In this document: piece by piece, positions 38,790-49,040 of the stretch | Layout: each line of letters opens with the position of its first letter | Position numbering within the stretch: the stretch's first letter is position 1 | NCBI GenBank assembly: GCA_037308085.1 | Contig: CP147779.1 | Location: 2,272,001-2,336,000 of the forward strand | Direction of reading: 5' to 3' | From: Promethearchaeati archaeon SRVP18_Atabeyarchaeia-1 | GTDB taxonomy: Archaea; Asgardarchaeota; Atabeyarchaeia; Atabeyarchaeales; Atabeyarchaeaceae | DNA: 64,000 bases | Translations under genes and position numbers: made by a program | Notes under the pieces: model-generated | Seen by the model: only the letters and a program-made list of their open reading frames with translations | The model's database searches: none | What the model was told of the DNA's origin: nothing

Positions 38790-39233
38790 ATGTTGTGGGT
38801 CACTAGGAAGCAGCCTCATGTCGATCGGTGCGCCTCAGCATGGCTCATCAGAAGGTGGATCGATAAGGAGGCGGAGTTCGAGTTCATCTCAAGGGATGAG
38901 CCAATACCGAAGGGCTCGATCGCTTTTACGCTGCCGAAGGCCGAGATTAAGCCAGTCGAGGGCAAGACGACGACGTTCGACGCTCTGGCGAAGAGATACG
39001 GCGTTCAGGATGCGGTTGCCCTGAAGGTGGGCACCTTCATACACGATTTCGAAGTAGACGCCGAGGAGAACCCGAGTAGAGTCAGGTTTAAGGAGACCCT
39101 CGGGCTATGCTACGTACTTAAAGGTCTAGAGAAGGTATCCAGAACCGATCATGAAACGATCGAGAAAGCAATGGCCGTTGTAGATGCTTTCTTCGCTTCA
39201 TTGAAAGAGGCACTGTCATCTGAATCCCCGTGA
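38790..39233 (+). CDS. ChrB-domain (chromate resistance family) protein
   Basis: WVTRKQPHVDRCASAWLIRRWIDKEAEF. Confidence 0.85.
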   Translation: MLWVTRKQPHVDRCASAWLIRRWIDKEAEFEFISRDEPIPKGSIAFTLPKAEIKPVEGKTTTFDALAKRYGVQDAVALKVGTFIHDFEVDAEENPSRVRFKETLGLCYVLKGLEKVSRTDHETIEKAMAVVDAFFASLKEALSSESP

Positions 39234-39242
39234 ACTTGGTGA

Positions 39243-39869
39243 GTGGATTTGATACTTGGCATATGTGGAAGCCCCAGGAAAAAGGCAACGGACTATGTCC
39301 TCAGGGAAACTCTCAAGATGGTTGAAGCGGCGGGTCACGAAACGGAGTTCTTTGGAGTTCTGGGCAGGAATATGTCGCCTTGCCTGCACTGCGACTACTG
39401 CCTTAAGAATAAGAAATGCAAAGTCGAGGACGACATGCAACATCTCTATCCTCTCCTGAGAACCGCCCAGGGAATTATCATCGCAACTCCAGTCTACATG
39501 GGAGGAGTCAGCGCGCAGACGAAGATTGCTATGGACAGATGCAGAGCGCTATTTGCCGCGGACAGAGACGTTCTCAGAGGGAAGGTTGGCATGGCGATTG
39601 CTGTGGGTGGTGATCGTGTGGGAGGACAAGAGTTGGCAATACAGCAGATAATGACATTCTACATTATCAATGGGGTGACTCCTATAAGCGGAGGCTCTTT
39701 TGGAGCCAACCTCGGTGCGACATTTTGGTCGAAAGACACGCTCGACGGAGTCAAGGAAGATGAGGAGGGTTTTAGAACTCTGAAGAAGACAGTTAAGAAA
39801 TTCACAAGTGCACTGAGCGAACCAAGCGCAAGGAAGGATGCCGCAGTTCGGACAATCCCTTCAACTTGA
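39243..39869 (+). CDS. iron-sulfur flavoprotein (flavodoxin family)
   Basis: GSPRK, CLHCDYC-x5-C, ATPVY, GGDRVGGQE. Confidence 0.92.
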   Translation: MDLILGICGSPRKKATDYVLRETLKMVEAAGHETEFFGVLGRNMSPCLHCDYCLKNKKCKVEDDMQHLYPLLRTAQGIIIATPVYMGGVSAQTKIAMDRCRALFAADRDVLRGKVGMAIAVGGDRVGGQELAIQQIMTFYIINGVTPISGGSFGANLGATFWSKDTLDGVKEDEEGFRTLKKTVKKFTSALSEPSARKDAAVRTIPST

Positions 39870-39903
39870 GGTGAGATTAGGAGTGAATGAGGGGAAGAAA
39901 CGC

Positions 39904-40461
39904 ATGGATAGGAGAAAGGTGGCTTGGGGCATCACGGGGAGCGGGGAGAAACTACCTGAGACCGTGAATGTCATGAAGGTGGTCAAGCAGGAGTTCGAGG
40001 ACAGAGTTGATCTGCGAGTCTACGCGTCAAAAGCTGGTGATCAGGTTCTTAAGTACTATAAGTTGACTCAATACGTGGAGGGCAACTTCGGGAGAGTCTG
40101 GGTCGAGATCAACTCTAACTCGCCTTTTCTCGCCGGGCAGCTGCAGTCGGGCAAGTTCGAGTTTCTGGTGATCGCTCCCACGACCTCTAACACCGTGGCG
40201 AAGATTGCAGTGGGATTGGGGGACAGCATGCTCTCCAACTCAGCCATCATGAGCCTCAAAGCCTCGGTTCCTGTCTACTTGATGCCTTCGGATCAGTTAG
40301 AAGGGACTTTGAGTACTATACTCCCCAGCGGAAAAAGCCTACTACTGAAGATAAGAAAGGAAGATGCGGATAACGTTAGAAAACTGGCGGCAATGGAAAG
40401 CATGCACATACTTGAGAAGCCCGAAGACATTCTGCATGTCTTTAGAAGACACTTTGGCTGA
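39904..40461 (+). CDS. afpA: archaeoflavoprotein AfpA family
   Basis: VAWGITGSG, NSNSPFLAG, APTTSNTVAKI, PSD, LKIRKED. Confidence 0.85.
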   Translation: MDRRKVAWGITGSGEKLPETVNVMKVVKQEFEDRVDLRVYASKAGDQVLKYYKLTQYVEGNFGRVWVEINSNSPFLAGQLQSGKFEFLVIAPTTSNTVAKIAVGLGDSMLSNSAIMSLKASVPVYLMPSDQLEGTLSTILPSGKSLLLKIRKEDADNVRKLAAMESMHILEKPEDILHVFRRHFG

Positions 40462-40479
40462 TGGGTGAACCGTTGGACG

Positions 40480-41181
40480 CTAATTGGTTTTCCGCTTCAG
40501 CTTCTCTTTGGTCAGTCTTCTATTGTCCTCAGCCAGTTTGAATGCGGGATCCATCTTCAGCGCGTTGTCATAGCACCGTATTGCCTCACTGAGATCACCG
40601 AGTTCGTCAAAGGCAACACCCATATTGTACCAAGCGTTGCTGTCTTGAGGCTCTATTTTGAGGGATTCATAGAGACTACTCGTTGCCTCTTTGAACCTGC
40701 CTAGCTTGTTGAGGAGCAGACCCCTGTCACGCCAGGCGTCGGCATTCTTTGGCTGCATTCTAGTCGCTTGGTCTAAACTTTCCATCGCTTGATCATACCA
40801 GCCAAGGCTAAACAGGGCACTGCCTTTGCCGTACAATGCTTTATCGTCTTTCGGGTTTGCTTTGAGCATGTGGTCGTAACACTCTAGTGCTTCGTTGAAG
40901 GAGCCACGCATAGCAAAGGCGACACCTTTGTTGTACCATGCGTCCTTGTTTTCCGGTTCTATTCTCAGCACTTGGTTGAAGCTGGCTATGGCTTCTTTCG
41001 TCATGCCAAGCTTCATGAGAGCAAGGCCTCTATGGTGCCAAGTGGTCGCGTCCACCGCCCTCAATTTGAGAGATCTGTCGAAGCATTCCAAGGCTTCTTT
41101 GAACCTGCCGAGTTTGCTGAACTCTATGCCATTCTTAAGCCACTCGGTAGCCTCTTTCTCCTGTCTGGACGATTCTGGCAA
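40480..41181 (-). CDS. TPR repeat protein (about 6 repeats)
   Basis: repeated AWYNKG/EAL..YD motifs; GGAGG before TTG 41181. Confidence 0.9.
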   Translation of the reverse strand: MPESSRQEKEATEWLKNGIEFSKLGRFKEALECFDRSLKLRAVDATTWHHRGLALMKLGMTKEAIASFNQVLRIEPENKDAWYNKGVAFAMRGSFNEALECYDHMLKANPKDDKALYGKGSALFSLGWYDQAMESLDQATRMQPKNADAWRDRGLLLNKLGRFKEATSSLYESLKIEPQDSNAWYNMGVAFDELGDLSEAIRCYDNALKMDPAFKLAEDNRRLTKEKLKRKTN

Positions 41182-41272
41182 GAATGCGCCTCCTGTAATT
41201 CGAGATCTTGTTGGGGTTCGCACTATCTCTGTATTGATGCCGTCGGCGAAGAGAATATTAATTAGTAGAGAA

Positions 41273-41800
41273 TCAGTCCTTAGTCTTGCGGGCTTTCTTA
41301 ATGCCTTCCCCCTGGTACCTTCCATTGTAGGCTGAACTCGCTTCCATCGCGTCTGTGACGACAAATTGGAACCAGCGCTCATTTTCCGCAATTCTCAGTT
41401 CCTTTATCGGTATGTAGACCGTCTGCACTCCGATGCCTTCGTAGCCGGGGTCGAAGACCGCCGTCTCAGACTTTATGACTCCAAGCCGGTTCAATGTGCT
41501 TCTCGGAAAGGAGAGCCCTATTGCATTGATCGGTATCCTGACGGCAACGTTGAGGCGAGCCTCATATACGCCTCGTTTGAGTGAGTACAACCCGTTCTGC
41601 GGCTTGCATGAGATTTTCGGCATATCCAGTTCTCTGCGCTCACCATCAAGTGTGGCGGTAGCATTGTCTTCTATTCGATCAACATTTGAGACCCCAATGT
41701 CGACTCCACAAGGGTTTATCTTTATTCCTTGCAGGCGATCCCTGTTCGCCTCTACCACCTTCAGAACCTCTTTGTAGATCCTTTGACCTGACCAGAACAT
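41273..41800 (-). CDS. trimeric dUTPase/dCTP deaminase family protein
   Basis: PCGVDI, PRSTLNRLG, AVFDPGYEG, YNGRYQGE. Confidence 0.88.
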   Translation of the reverse strand: MFWSGQRIYKEVLKVVEANRDRLQGIKINPCGVDIGVSNVDRIEDNATATLDGERRELDMPKISCKPQNGLYSLKRGVYEARLNVAVRIPINAIGLSFPRSTLNRLGVIKSETAVFDPGYEGIGVQTVYIPIKELRIAENERWFQFVVTDAMEASSAYNGRYQGEGIKKARKTKD

Positions 41801-41954
41801 TTGTAAGCATCTCCGTAGTATTCGCGGAAACTTTTCTGGGATATGTATTAACTTGATTACAGATAAATCCTTAGAAGGTATACTTTAATATGCCAAATAT
41901 AATCTATGGAGCGTAGATAAGACTCAGCATCATGAAGCTGGGGGTGCGGACTAA

Positions 41955-42896
41955 TTGGGTTTTACTGCCAGTTTGACGATCAAGGACTTAGATGTTCATG
42001 TGACATTTCCATGGGGAATCAGTATTGTAAGCAATATGGCTTTCCCTGACATGGTGCAAGGGGACGACAAATACCTCAACGCCATGAAGATAATCGGAGA
42101 GGATCCGTTCTTTGACGGAATCGAAATCCCGAAGCCTTCCGACCATCTATGGGATAAGATTGAGGACATGCTTGAAGAACAAGACAAGGTTGCGATTCTG
42201 GGTGCTCAGACCGAGGTCATCACCCACGGGCTGAATATCAGCGCGCTGGGAGAAGAGGAACGCAAGAAGGCGGTTGAAGGACTAGGCAAGATAATCGAGG
42301 ATGCCGGGGGTCATGGCATCTGGATAGTCGCTCTGTGCTCTGGTCCTGACCCTGGACCAAGCAATAGAAAAGAGTCGACAGGCAAGCTTGTCGAATCTCT
42401 CAACGAGCTTTGCCAAAAAGCGGAGGACTGCGGAGTCAACCTTCTTCTGGAAACCTTCGACAGAACCATGGATAAGAAGCTGTTGATAGGACCGATGGAC
42501 GAAGCCATCAAGGTAGTATCGGAAGTCAGGGAGAACCACGATGATCTTGGCTTAATGTGGGATCTCAGCCACGGCCCACTCCTAAATGAGAAACCGGAAG
42601 TCCTAAGGAAAACCGGTGAACTACTCGAACACGTACACATAGGCTGCTCTAAGAAGGTGGATAATGGGGGGCTACTCGACCATCACCCCGGCTTCTACAG
42701 CAAGAACTCCATCAACAATGAAGATGACGTTGCGGACCTGCTTGAAGAACTCCAAGCCATAGACTACTTTGGGTTCGTGGGTTTTGAAGTCAAGCCTCAG
42801 GAGTTTCAATCAAGCAGAGAAGTAATAAGCACCGCCAAGAGTGTTTTGGTCGAAGCTTTTGAGAAAACAGTCCCAAGAATATTCGCAAAAAGATGA
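41955..42896 (+). CDS. sugar phosphate isomerase/epimerase (xylose-isomerase-like TIM barrel)
   Basis: LLLETFD, WDLSH, EHVHIG, DHHP, GFEVKP. Confidence 0.85.
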   Translation: MGFTASLTIKDLDVHVTFPWGISIVSNMAFPDMVQGDDKYLNAMKIIGEDPFFDGIEIPKPSDHLWDKIEDMLEEQDKVAILGAQTEVITHGLNISALGEEERKKAVEGLGKIIEDAGGHGIWIVALCSGPDPGPSNRKESTGKLVESLNELCQKAEDCGVNLLLETFDRTMDKKLLIGPMDEAIKVVSEVRENHDDLGLMWDLSHGPLLNEKPEVLRKTGELLEHVHIGCSKKVDNGGLLDHHPGFYSKNSINNEDDVADLLEELQAIDYFGFVGFEVKPQEFQSSREVISTAKSVLVEAFEKTVPRIFAKR

Positions 42897-42971
42897 ACTT
42901 ACCGGTGACTGATCAGGCAACTTGTGGCGCCTTTTTCGACCTTAAGAGATGACTGGAGAAGTGAGGTCTAA

Positions 42972-43856
42972 ATGAAAGTTGAAGGATGTGTTACCCCGGT
43001 GGTCACCCCGTTTGACTCTGAGGAGGAAGTAGATGAAGAGTCCCTCAAGGAGATAGTTGACTATTTGGTGGATGGAGGAGCCAGCGGCCTATTCGCTGCT
43101 GGAACCGCGGGAGCATTCTATTTGATGACCCCTGAAGAACGGAAACGGGTAACGAGCATCGTGGTAGAGAAGTCGAACGGAAGAGTCCCAGTCTACGCCG
43201 GAACAGGTGGGATAACCGTCAGAGAAAACTTGGACATCGCAAAGCATGCTAAGGACGTTGGCGCTGATGCTGCAGTAATACTTACACCTTACTACGTTAA
43301 GGTCGAAGATGAGGAGCTCTTTCAATACTTTACGACCTTCGCCAATGCCGTTGACATGGAAGTCATACTCTACAATAATCCATCAAGAGCGGGGAACAAC
43401 ATATCACCAGCGCTGCTTGAGCGAATTGTCAACGAGAACAGCAATGTAATTGCCCTCAAAGACAGTAGCGGAGACCTTGCTCAGTACGGCGAGTACGTGA
43501 TGAGGATGAAGGATAAGATCTCCTTGGTGAGTGGCAAGGACGAGCTAATGCTGGCATCCTTAGCTATGGGCGGGAACGGAGTTGTAAGCGCTGTAAGCAA
43601 CATCGTTCCTGAACTCGTATCACAGATCTTTGCTTCGTTCGAGAGGGGTGACATAAGGAAAGCTCAGGAAATACAGAGCAAGTGCTCCACACTGAAGAAG
43701 TCCTTCGGTGGAGCAGCTTACCCAGCACCAATCCTTGCGGCTCTAGATCTCCTAGGAATGAGGGCTGGCAGACCAAGATCGCCAGTGCTGCCCTTGAAAA
43801 ATGAACAAAAAGAAAATATCAGGCAGGCGCTGAAGAGCATCGGAAAGCTACATTGA
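42972..43856 (+). CDS. DHDPS/aldolase family (DapA-like) lyase
   Basis: VTPF, GTAG, TPYY, LYNNPSRAG, Schiff-base KDSSGD; adjacent sugar isomerase suggests a keto-deoxy-sugar aldolase role. Confidence 0.88.
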   Translation: MKVEGCVTPVVTPFDSEEEVDEESLKEIVDYLVDGGASGLFAAGTAGAFYLMTPEERKRVTSIVVEKSNGRVPVYAGTGGITVRENLDIAKHAKDVGADAAVILTPYYVKVEDEELFQYFTTFANAVDMEVILYNNPSRAGNNISPALLERIVNENSNVIALKDSSGDLAQYGEYVMRMKDKISLVSGKDELMLASLAMGGNGVVSAVSNIVPELVSQIFASFERGDIRKAQEIQSKCSTLKKSFGGAAYPAPILAALDLLGMRAGRPRSPVLPLKNEQKENIRQALKSIGKLH

Positions 43857-44037
43857 GAGCCCACAATGCGATCGGGTTAAGAGAGCTTCTTCAGGAAGCT
43901 AAGCAACGACCTGCGAAACTGATCCGTTGCGTCAAACCGGATGCCGTGCTCATTATCTGGCGAGAGCATCAAGAATTCAGAGTTCTGCGCATCAATTGCG
44001 TTCTTGGTGGTGTGCGCCATCCCTAGTCACGCGCGCG

Positions 44038-44799
44038 TCAGGATTCCAGCGATGAAGGCAAGGACGCTCCTCTTGCTGGTATCACATTTATTCCTTTTTC
44101 AGTGATTACCATGGGACTTGTCTTGGACTCATGAAGAGTTCCTCTCATCTTGACCACTGTAAGTCCTCGTTCAAACTTTCCACCGTGCCTTATCTGTTCC
44201 AGAAAGATCACGCCATCAGATATGAACTCCTCCACGTCATAGCGGCTTATCTGCCCCTTCCCGCGCCCCTCCGATATCAGGAGGGTTGTGCAACCGAGTT
44301 CTTTCAACGTGGCGATCAGCCGGTGGATGGCGTGCCGTATCGCGCCAGGTTCTTCGATGACGAGTTCAAGCCCAGGTATTGAGTCGAGTACTGCCCTCTT
44401 AGCATTCGTCGTTTTCTGGAGTTGGCTTATAGCCAACAGTAGAGTGTTCATGTTCAGGAGGCGGGTGACTTCGTCTCTGCCAGCATATGGAACCCTCGAC
44501 TTGGGCGAAGCAATATCTATTATCCCCAGTTTGCCATCTTTCTCCAGCTTCTCCAGATCCCACCCAAAACCTTTCATATCAGCTCTGACTGCTGAAGGTG
44601 ACTCTTCAGTTGTAATAAGAATACCATTCTCTCCGAACTTAGTGACACCTTCGACCAAGAATTGGATGCCCAAAATACTCTTTCCCGTGCCACATCCTCC
44701 AGTGACCAGAATGCACCTTCCTCTTGGAAACCCCCCGTGCAGGAGTTCATCGAGTTGCCCGATTCCAGAAGAAACCAAATTGCCTACCGGTTCACTCAT
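44038..44799 (-). CDS. KaiC-like ATPase, intact motifs
   Basis: SSGIGQLDELLHGGFPRG, GGCGTGKS, TEE, VEEFISDG, VKMRGT. Confidence 0.92.
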   Translation of the reverse strand: MSEPVGNLVSSGIGQLDELLHGGFPRGRCILVTGGCGTGKSILGIQFLVEGVTKFGENGILITTEESPSAVRADMKGFGWDLEKLEKDGKLGIIDIASPKSRVPYAGRDEVTRLLNMNTLLLAISQLQKTTNAKRAVLDSIPGLELVIEEPGAIRHAIHRLIATLKELGCTTLLISEGRGKGQISRYDVEEFISDGVIFLEQIRHGGKFERGLTVVKMRGTLHESKTSPMVITEKGINVIPARGASLPSSLES

Positions 44800-45152
44800 T
44801 GCTCGCACCTTCTGCCATAACACCTAATACTCGAAGCCCAGCGCCAAGGGAATACTCTCCTGACGCAGGCGAGTCCAGAATCTGTCAAAGAGCTCCTTTT
44901 TTCTGATTCTCCGCTGAAAGACATAATGGGGCAATCCCATATTTAAGCTGTGAATCGTTTTCAACGCCTCTCCTCCTAGCAACGAGGAGCCGGCGCGAAT
45001 ATTATTCGAAACCAGCCAGTTGCTGTTCCACACCTCGATTCCCATCATCTGGCGTATCCCACATATTTTGGCTTTCTTTCCTCATTTCATGTCAAGTTGC
45101 GCCATCGTTATTCTACTCGGTCGCCCTGTACTCGTCTCAGACTTATCGTGTT

Positions 45153-45869
45153 TCACTCCGTAGCCGGTTGTGAGAGCCCCTCTGTTCGCTGGATCTCGAA
45201 CAACAGATCACGCAAACTTGTAGAAGAGTAAGGTAGATTCAGACTGGTAGCGACAAGATTCAGACGGTCTAACAATACTTTCAGATTATGGGCTAGCGGG
45301 ATATCCAGCGCTTCGATAGTTTTCAGATCCATTTCGACAACCGGTTTCATCGCACCAACTATTTTCATGATCAAGTTATCTTGCTCTGATATAAGTGTAC
45401 CTTCCTGGGCGCTTTGCCCGCTATCTAGGTCCAGCAGCCTGCATGTCTCCGCAAAGATCTCCTTCGCGAAAGAATCATCAGGATTACAGCTATCTGCAAG
45501 TTTCGCGTTGAAGCCTGCTAAGAAATCTACTATCTCGTCGATCTTGTCAGACACTAGTTTTGGCGCTCTTATACTAAAGAAGACAATGAATGAATAGTAC
45601 CCGAGAGCCGGTAGGCTCCCAAGGGTTCCGAAGCCTATGGCCTCTATTTCGTCCATTGTTATCACTATGCCGGCTGTCTTTCCCTTCGTTGTGTTGAGTT
45701 GTATCATGGACTGCATTGCCAGCTGATTGGCTTGCGCCTCAGCGAGGAAACCTGCAGGGTACCTTGTTATAGGCGTCGGCCCAGATGAGAGGTCGAACCT
45801 GGAAATGAATACCCCTTTGACATATCTTGATGGGATCATGTTGGACGAGCTTGCTGCCAATTCCCTCAT
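45153..45869 (-). CDS. longin/uDENN-like protein
   Basis: N-terminal VFISRFDLSSGPTPITRYP, of the F-D/H-x3-GP-x4-YP type; paralog of 45969-46580. Confidence 0.6.
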   Translation of the reverse strand: MRELAASSSNMIPSRYVKGVFISRFDLSSGPTPITRYPAGFLAEAQANQLAMQSMIQLNTTKGKTAGIVITMDEIEAIGFGTLGSLPALGYYSFIVFFSIRAPKLVSDKIDEIVDFLAGFNAKLADSCNPDDSFAKEIFAETCRLLDLDSGQSAQEGTLISEQDNLIMKIVGAMKPVVEMDLKTIEALDIPLAHNLKVLLDRLNLVATSLNLPYSSTSLRDLLFEIQRTEGLSQPATE

Positions 45870-45968
45870 AACCTCTCATTTTTCATTGTGCATAATTCAT
45901 AACTGCCGTGAGCTTCTCTATCTTCCGAACGCGGGATTCTGCGTGGATCACTTTTCCCCTCGGCATTG

Positions 45969-46580
45969 TCAGTACTTTAGTTGAGCCTTTGACTCCTGAA
46001 GCACGGTTAGGAGCTGGGCGATTCGAGCCTTAGTCCCAGGCGCCACAAGTTCCAGTCTATTAAGATGTCCAGACTCAATGAAGGAGCTGATTGCAAGTAT
46101 CGTTTTGTCAGCAACCGCTTCTAACTTGTCACCGGGTTCGTTAAGAGCTTCCTCTTCATGAGACTTCTCGCAAACCCTTCGCACTCCTTCGAATAGCCTA
46201 AGTGCGGCATCTCCAGGGTGTCGCCTCACATTCTGCAACTCGCTTATTATGAGGCTTCTAATAAGGGGATACGTCTCCCAGATCATCGATTTAGCTTCTT
46301 CCCCAAACATCACTATTATCCCGGTAGCACCTTCAACGCTACTCCCCTCGGTCCCAACCACACCAACTTTGCCTATTTGGGAAAAAGACATAATTGAGCA
46401 GAGAGCCTCTTTCTTCCCTGTTGAGAGTAGCAACATGGCGTCCTCGGCGACATCCTTTAGCCCTTCGCCCGCGATGAATCCCTGTGGGTAGATAAAAGCC
46501 GGAGCTGGGCCCAGGAGCATGTCAAATCTGGTCACAATCACTCCCTCGAAAAGTAATCGCTCTGGTGACCTGCGCGACAA
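45969..46580 (-). CDS. longin/uDENN-like protein
   Basis: VIVTRFDMLLGPAPAFIYP. Confidence 0.6.
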   Translation of the reverse strand: MSRRSPERLLFEGVIVTRFDMLLGPAPAFIYPQGFIAGEGLKDVAEDAMLLLSTGKKEALCSIMSFSQIGKVGVVGTEGSSVEGATGIIVMFGEEAKSMIWETYPLIRSLIISELQNVRRHPGDAALRLFEGVRRVCEKSHEEEALNEPGDKLEAVADKTILAISSFIESGHLNRLELVAPGTKARIAQLLTVLQESKAQLKY

Positions 46581-47005
46581 TCTGGTTAACCCCCATTACC
46601 CCATCGTGCGTGCACTGCTCGAACACCGTGTTCAGCTAGTAGAGTAGTTGAAGTTCCTTTTATTTTCTTCTTACTTATCTTCTACACAGAATTGTCTCTC
46701 CGGGCTCCCTCGATGGTTAAGCGCTGACACCGAGACTCAACCATAGAACACCACATCCGCGATAGCCCTTTTCTCGCCTCGACTAGAGAAATTGGAGTCT
46801 GGCAAACAAGCTCTGGCCTGACTTGGGTCGGGAAAGGCACATCAAGCGCTAGGATGACTATGCGCATTATTAAGTTCATTTGCCTATGAACATTGTGAGC
46901 ATCGAAAGCGAGGTACGTTGATAGACTGTGCCCTGCAGAAATGACAACATTTATGATGCAGTGCGTGGTTAGCAGAAACTGACATGAGGGGGTGTTCTTC
47001 TGTAA

Positions 47006-47539
47006 ATGCCCATAATCAAAATTCTGATAATGGGTCTGCCAGCGTCCGGCAAGACAACTTTCGTCAAGCATGTCTTTGAAGGAAAGGAATTGAACGATCT
47101 GAAGGACTACATTCCGACATATGGCGTGAATATAGCATTGTATAACTACAAGGGCTCGGAGGACATTAAGATCTCAACCTTCGATTGTGGTGGTCAGACA
47201 AGTTTTATCGACACCTATTTGACTGATCAATGGGTTCCCAGACTCTTCGCGGAAGTCTCGGCTCTTTTCTTCGTGGTAGATTCGTCATCGAAGAAGACTC
47301 TCAAGGATGCCAACAAGCTTTTCCACAAGTACCTTGAGAACGTATACAAGTATTCTGAAGACGTAGTGATCCATGTACTGGCATCAAAATGGGACAAACA
47401 TACCATCACAAGAGATGAACTCAAGGAAGCATTCTCGGATCTCGACGTTCGTCCCATATCCGTCGTCGACGGTTCAGCCAGACAGGTTACGCAGGCGATA
47501 ATGGACAGGCTAATCAGCGAAAGGAAGACGAAAAAGTGA
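47006..47539 (+). CDS. small GTPase, RagA/Gtr1-like G domain
   Basis: G1 GLPASGKT, G2 PTYG, G3 DCGGQ followed by FIDTYLTDQ...LFAEV, G4 SKWD, G5-like ISVVD. Confidence 0.88.
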   Translation: MPIIKILIMGLPASGKTTFVKHVFEGKELNDLKDYIPTYGVNIALYNYKGSEDIKISTFDCGGQTSFIDTYLTDQWVPRLFAEVSALFFVVDSSSKKTLKDANKLFHKYLENVYKYSEDVVIHVLASKWDKHTITRDELKEAFSDLDVRPISVVDGSARQVTQAIMDRLISERKTKK

Positions 47540-47609
47540 CTCCCCTGCTTCTCCCATCTGCCAGCAATCATCGCTACGAGCAGGACTAGCAGGCTCTTGA
47601 CCTCCGCAA

Positions 47610-48362
47610 TTACCTTCGTCCCACCGTGAGCCTGCCAGTTCCACCGTTCCTCGATACTGGAATCCATTTGGACTCGAAGTTGGTCCTTCTCATCTTGGAT
47701 ATGCAGATCTCCTTGCTTATGAAGCCCTGTTGCTCTGCGTTTCTGAAGAGTATGACGGAATCGAGCAACTGCTGAAGAGAGGCCACAGTCTGCACGTCAT
47801 GCATTCCCTCCGTCAATATGAAGATCGAGGTTGAGTTTGACTCCTTGAGCTTGGCAACCATCACGGAAGCTAGTTGATAGACAGACTGGGGAGCCGCATT
47901 CATGAGCAATGACGACAGAATATCGACTGAAACCCTTATCCGCCTACCCCCTATCTTTTCGGTCGCTGTCGATACCGCGGCCGCTACGTGATTCAAATCC
48001 ATTGATGATCTTACAACCTTATCAATCACCTGAGGATAGGGAACATCAGTTGTCCGCCAACTGTAGCAATCAACGAACATTAGGCTGGACCTCTGCTCCT
48101 GCGTCAACTCGTCAAAGTCGAGGCCCACTTCCTGCCAACTCTCCTTGACTTCGTCAACAGATTCGTTTGAGAGAACCATCACTCCACCTTCACCAGCCCT
48201 CAACCCATCGGCTATGAATTGCAGGCAGAAAATGTGTTTCCAGCTTCCTGGAGGCCCGTACAGAAGAGTCGATGAACCCTGAGGTATTCCCCCCTCGATC
48301 AATGCATCAAGTCCTTCTATTCCTGAACTCATTCTTCTGCTCATTTCTCGCAGCTCCTCCAA
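47610..48362 (-). CDS. KaiC/RAD55-like protein with degenerate Walker A
   Basis: SSGIEGLDALIEGGIP, GPPGSWKH, VDCYSW, ISKMR. Confidence 0.88.
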   Translation of the reverse strand: MEELREMSRRMSSGIEGLDALIEGGIPQGSSTLLYGPPGSWKHIFCLQFIADGLRAGEGGVMVLSNESVDEVKESWQEVGLDFDELTQEQRSSLMFVDCYSWRTTDVPYPQVIDKVVRSSMDLNHVAAAVSTATEKIGGRRIRVSVDILSSLLMNAAPQSVYQLASVMVAKLKESNSTSIFILTEGMHDVQTVASLQQLLDSVILFRNAEQQGFISKEICISKMRRTNFESKWIPVSRNGGTGRLTVGRR

Positions 48363-48372
48363 GAGTTCCCTG

Positions 48373-48990
48373 CTAATGCTCCCATTCGTGTCCTGTCATT
48401 TCCAAGTTGTACCTAAACTCGCAGCATGAATCACCTTTCGCGGTGCACTTCGATTCGACGAAGCCCACCTTTCTTCCTAGGGAATGCTCCAAGGCACCCG
48501 CAATTACTCCTCCAGTAAAATAGCAGATACTCACTCCTATGTCCATAATCCCGCAACAGTCGGCACACTCTTCGACCTGATAAACCAACAGCTTGCCTTT
48601 CTCGAATTCAGTCAACGTCAAGAGACCGGTGCCAGTCGATTTGAATCCTGTCTGTAGCGCAGAGTACCCGGTTGAGAGTCTTGCCTCCTTGAGATTCTCA
48701 GCTTCAGCAAAATCACGGTAACCTGGGAGTTTCTGAAGCATTGGCATGCCTCCTTCTGTAAGTCCAATCCCAGTCTGCCTTCCAGCCTCGAAAAGCACGT
48801 GACCCATAGACTCAGCCAAGACCAGGGCTGCAAGCACTGGCCTCTGGTAAGTCAGTAGGTCAACTGAATCCCCAAGTTTCTCTCGGATCCTATCCTTGTA
48901 TCCTGGCGTGTGAAGCATTCTCTCAAGTTGCGCTTTCGTGAGTTCTCTAATGATCTCCTTCTCTCTCACAACACGTGCTCTCGTCGACAT
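48373..48990 (-). CDS. V4R-domain protein
   Basis: EECADC...ICYFTGGVIAG...ESKCTAKGDSCCEF. Confidence 0.88.
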   Translation of the reverse strand: MSTRARVVREKEIIRELTKAQLERMLHTPGYKDRIREKLGDSVDLLTYQRPVLAALVLAESMGHVLFEAGRQTGIGLTEGGMPMLQKLPGYRDFAEAENLKEARLSTGYSALQTGFKSTGTGLLTLTEFEKGKLLVYQVEECADCCGIMDIGVSICYFTGGVIAGALEHSLGRKVGFVESKCTAKGDSCCEFRYNLEMTGHEWEH

Positions 48991-49040
48991 CTCTTAACTT
49001 TCTCCTCGCGCTCTCCTTTATTTCTTTCTTCATTGACAGA

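Noticed and set aside
42972-43856. Assigning dapA
   Set aside because: The motif is GTAGA rather than GTTGE, no lysine-pathway genes are adjacent, and the neighbour is a sugar isomerase.
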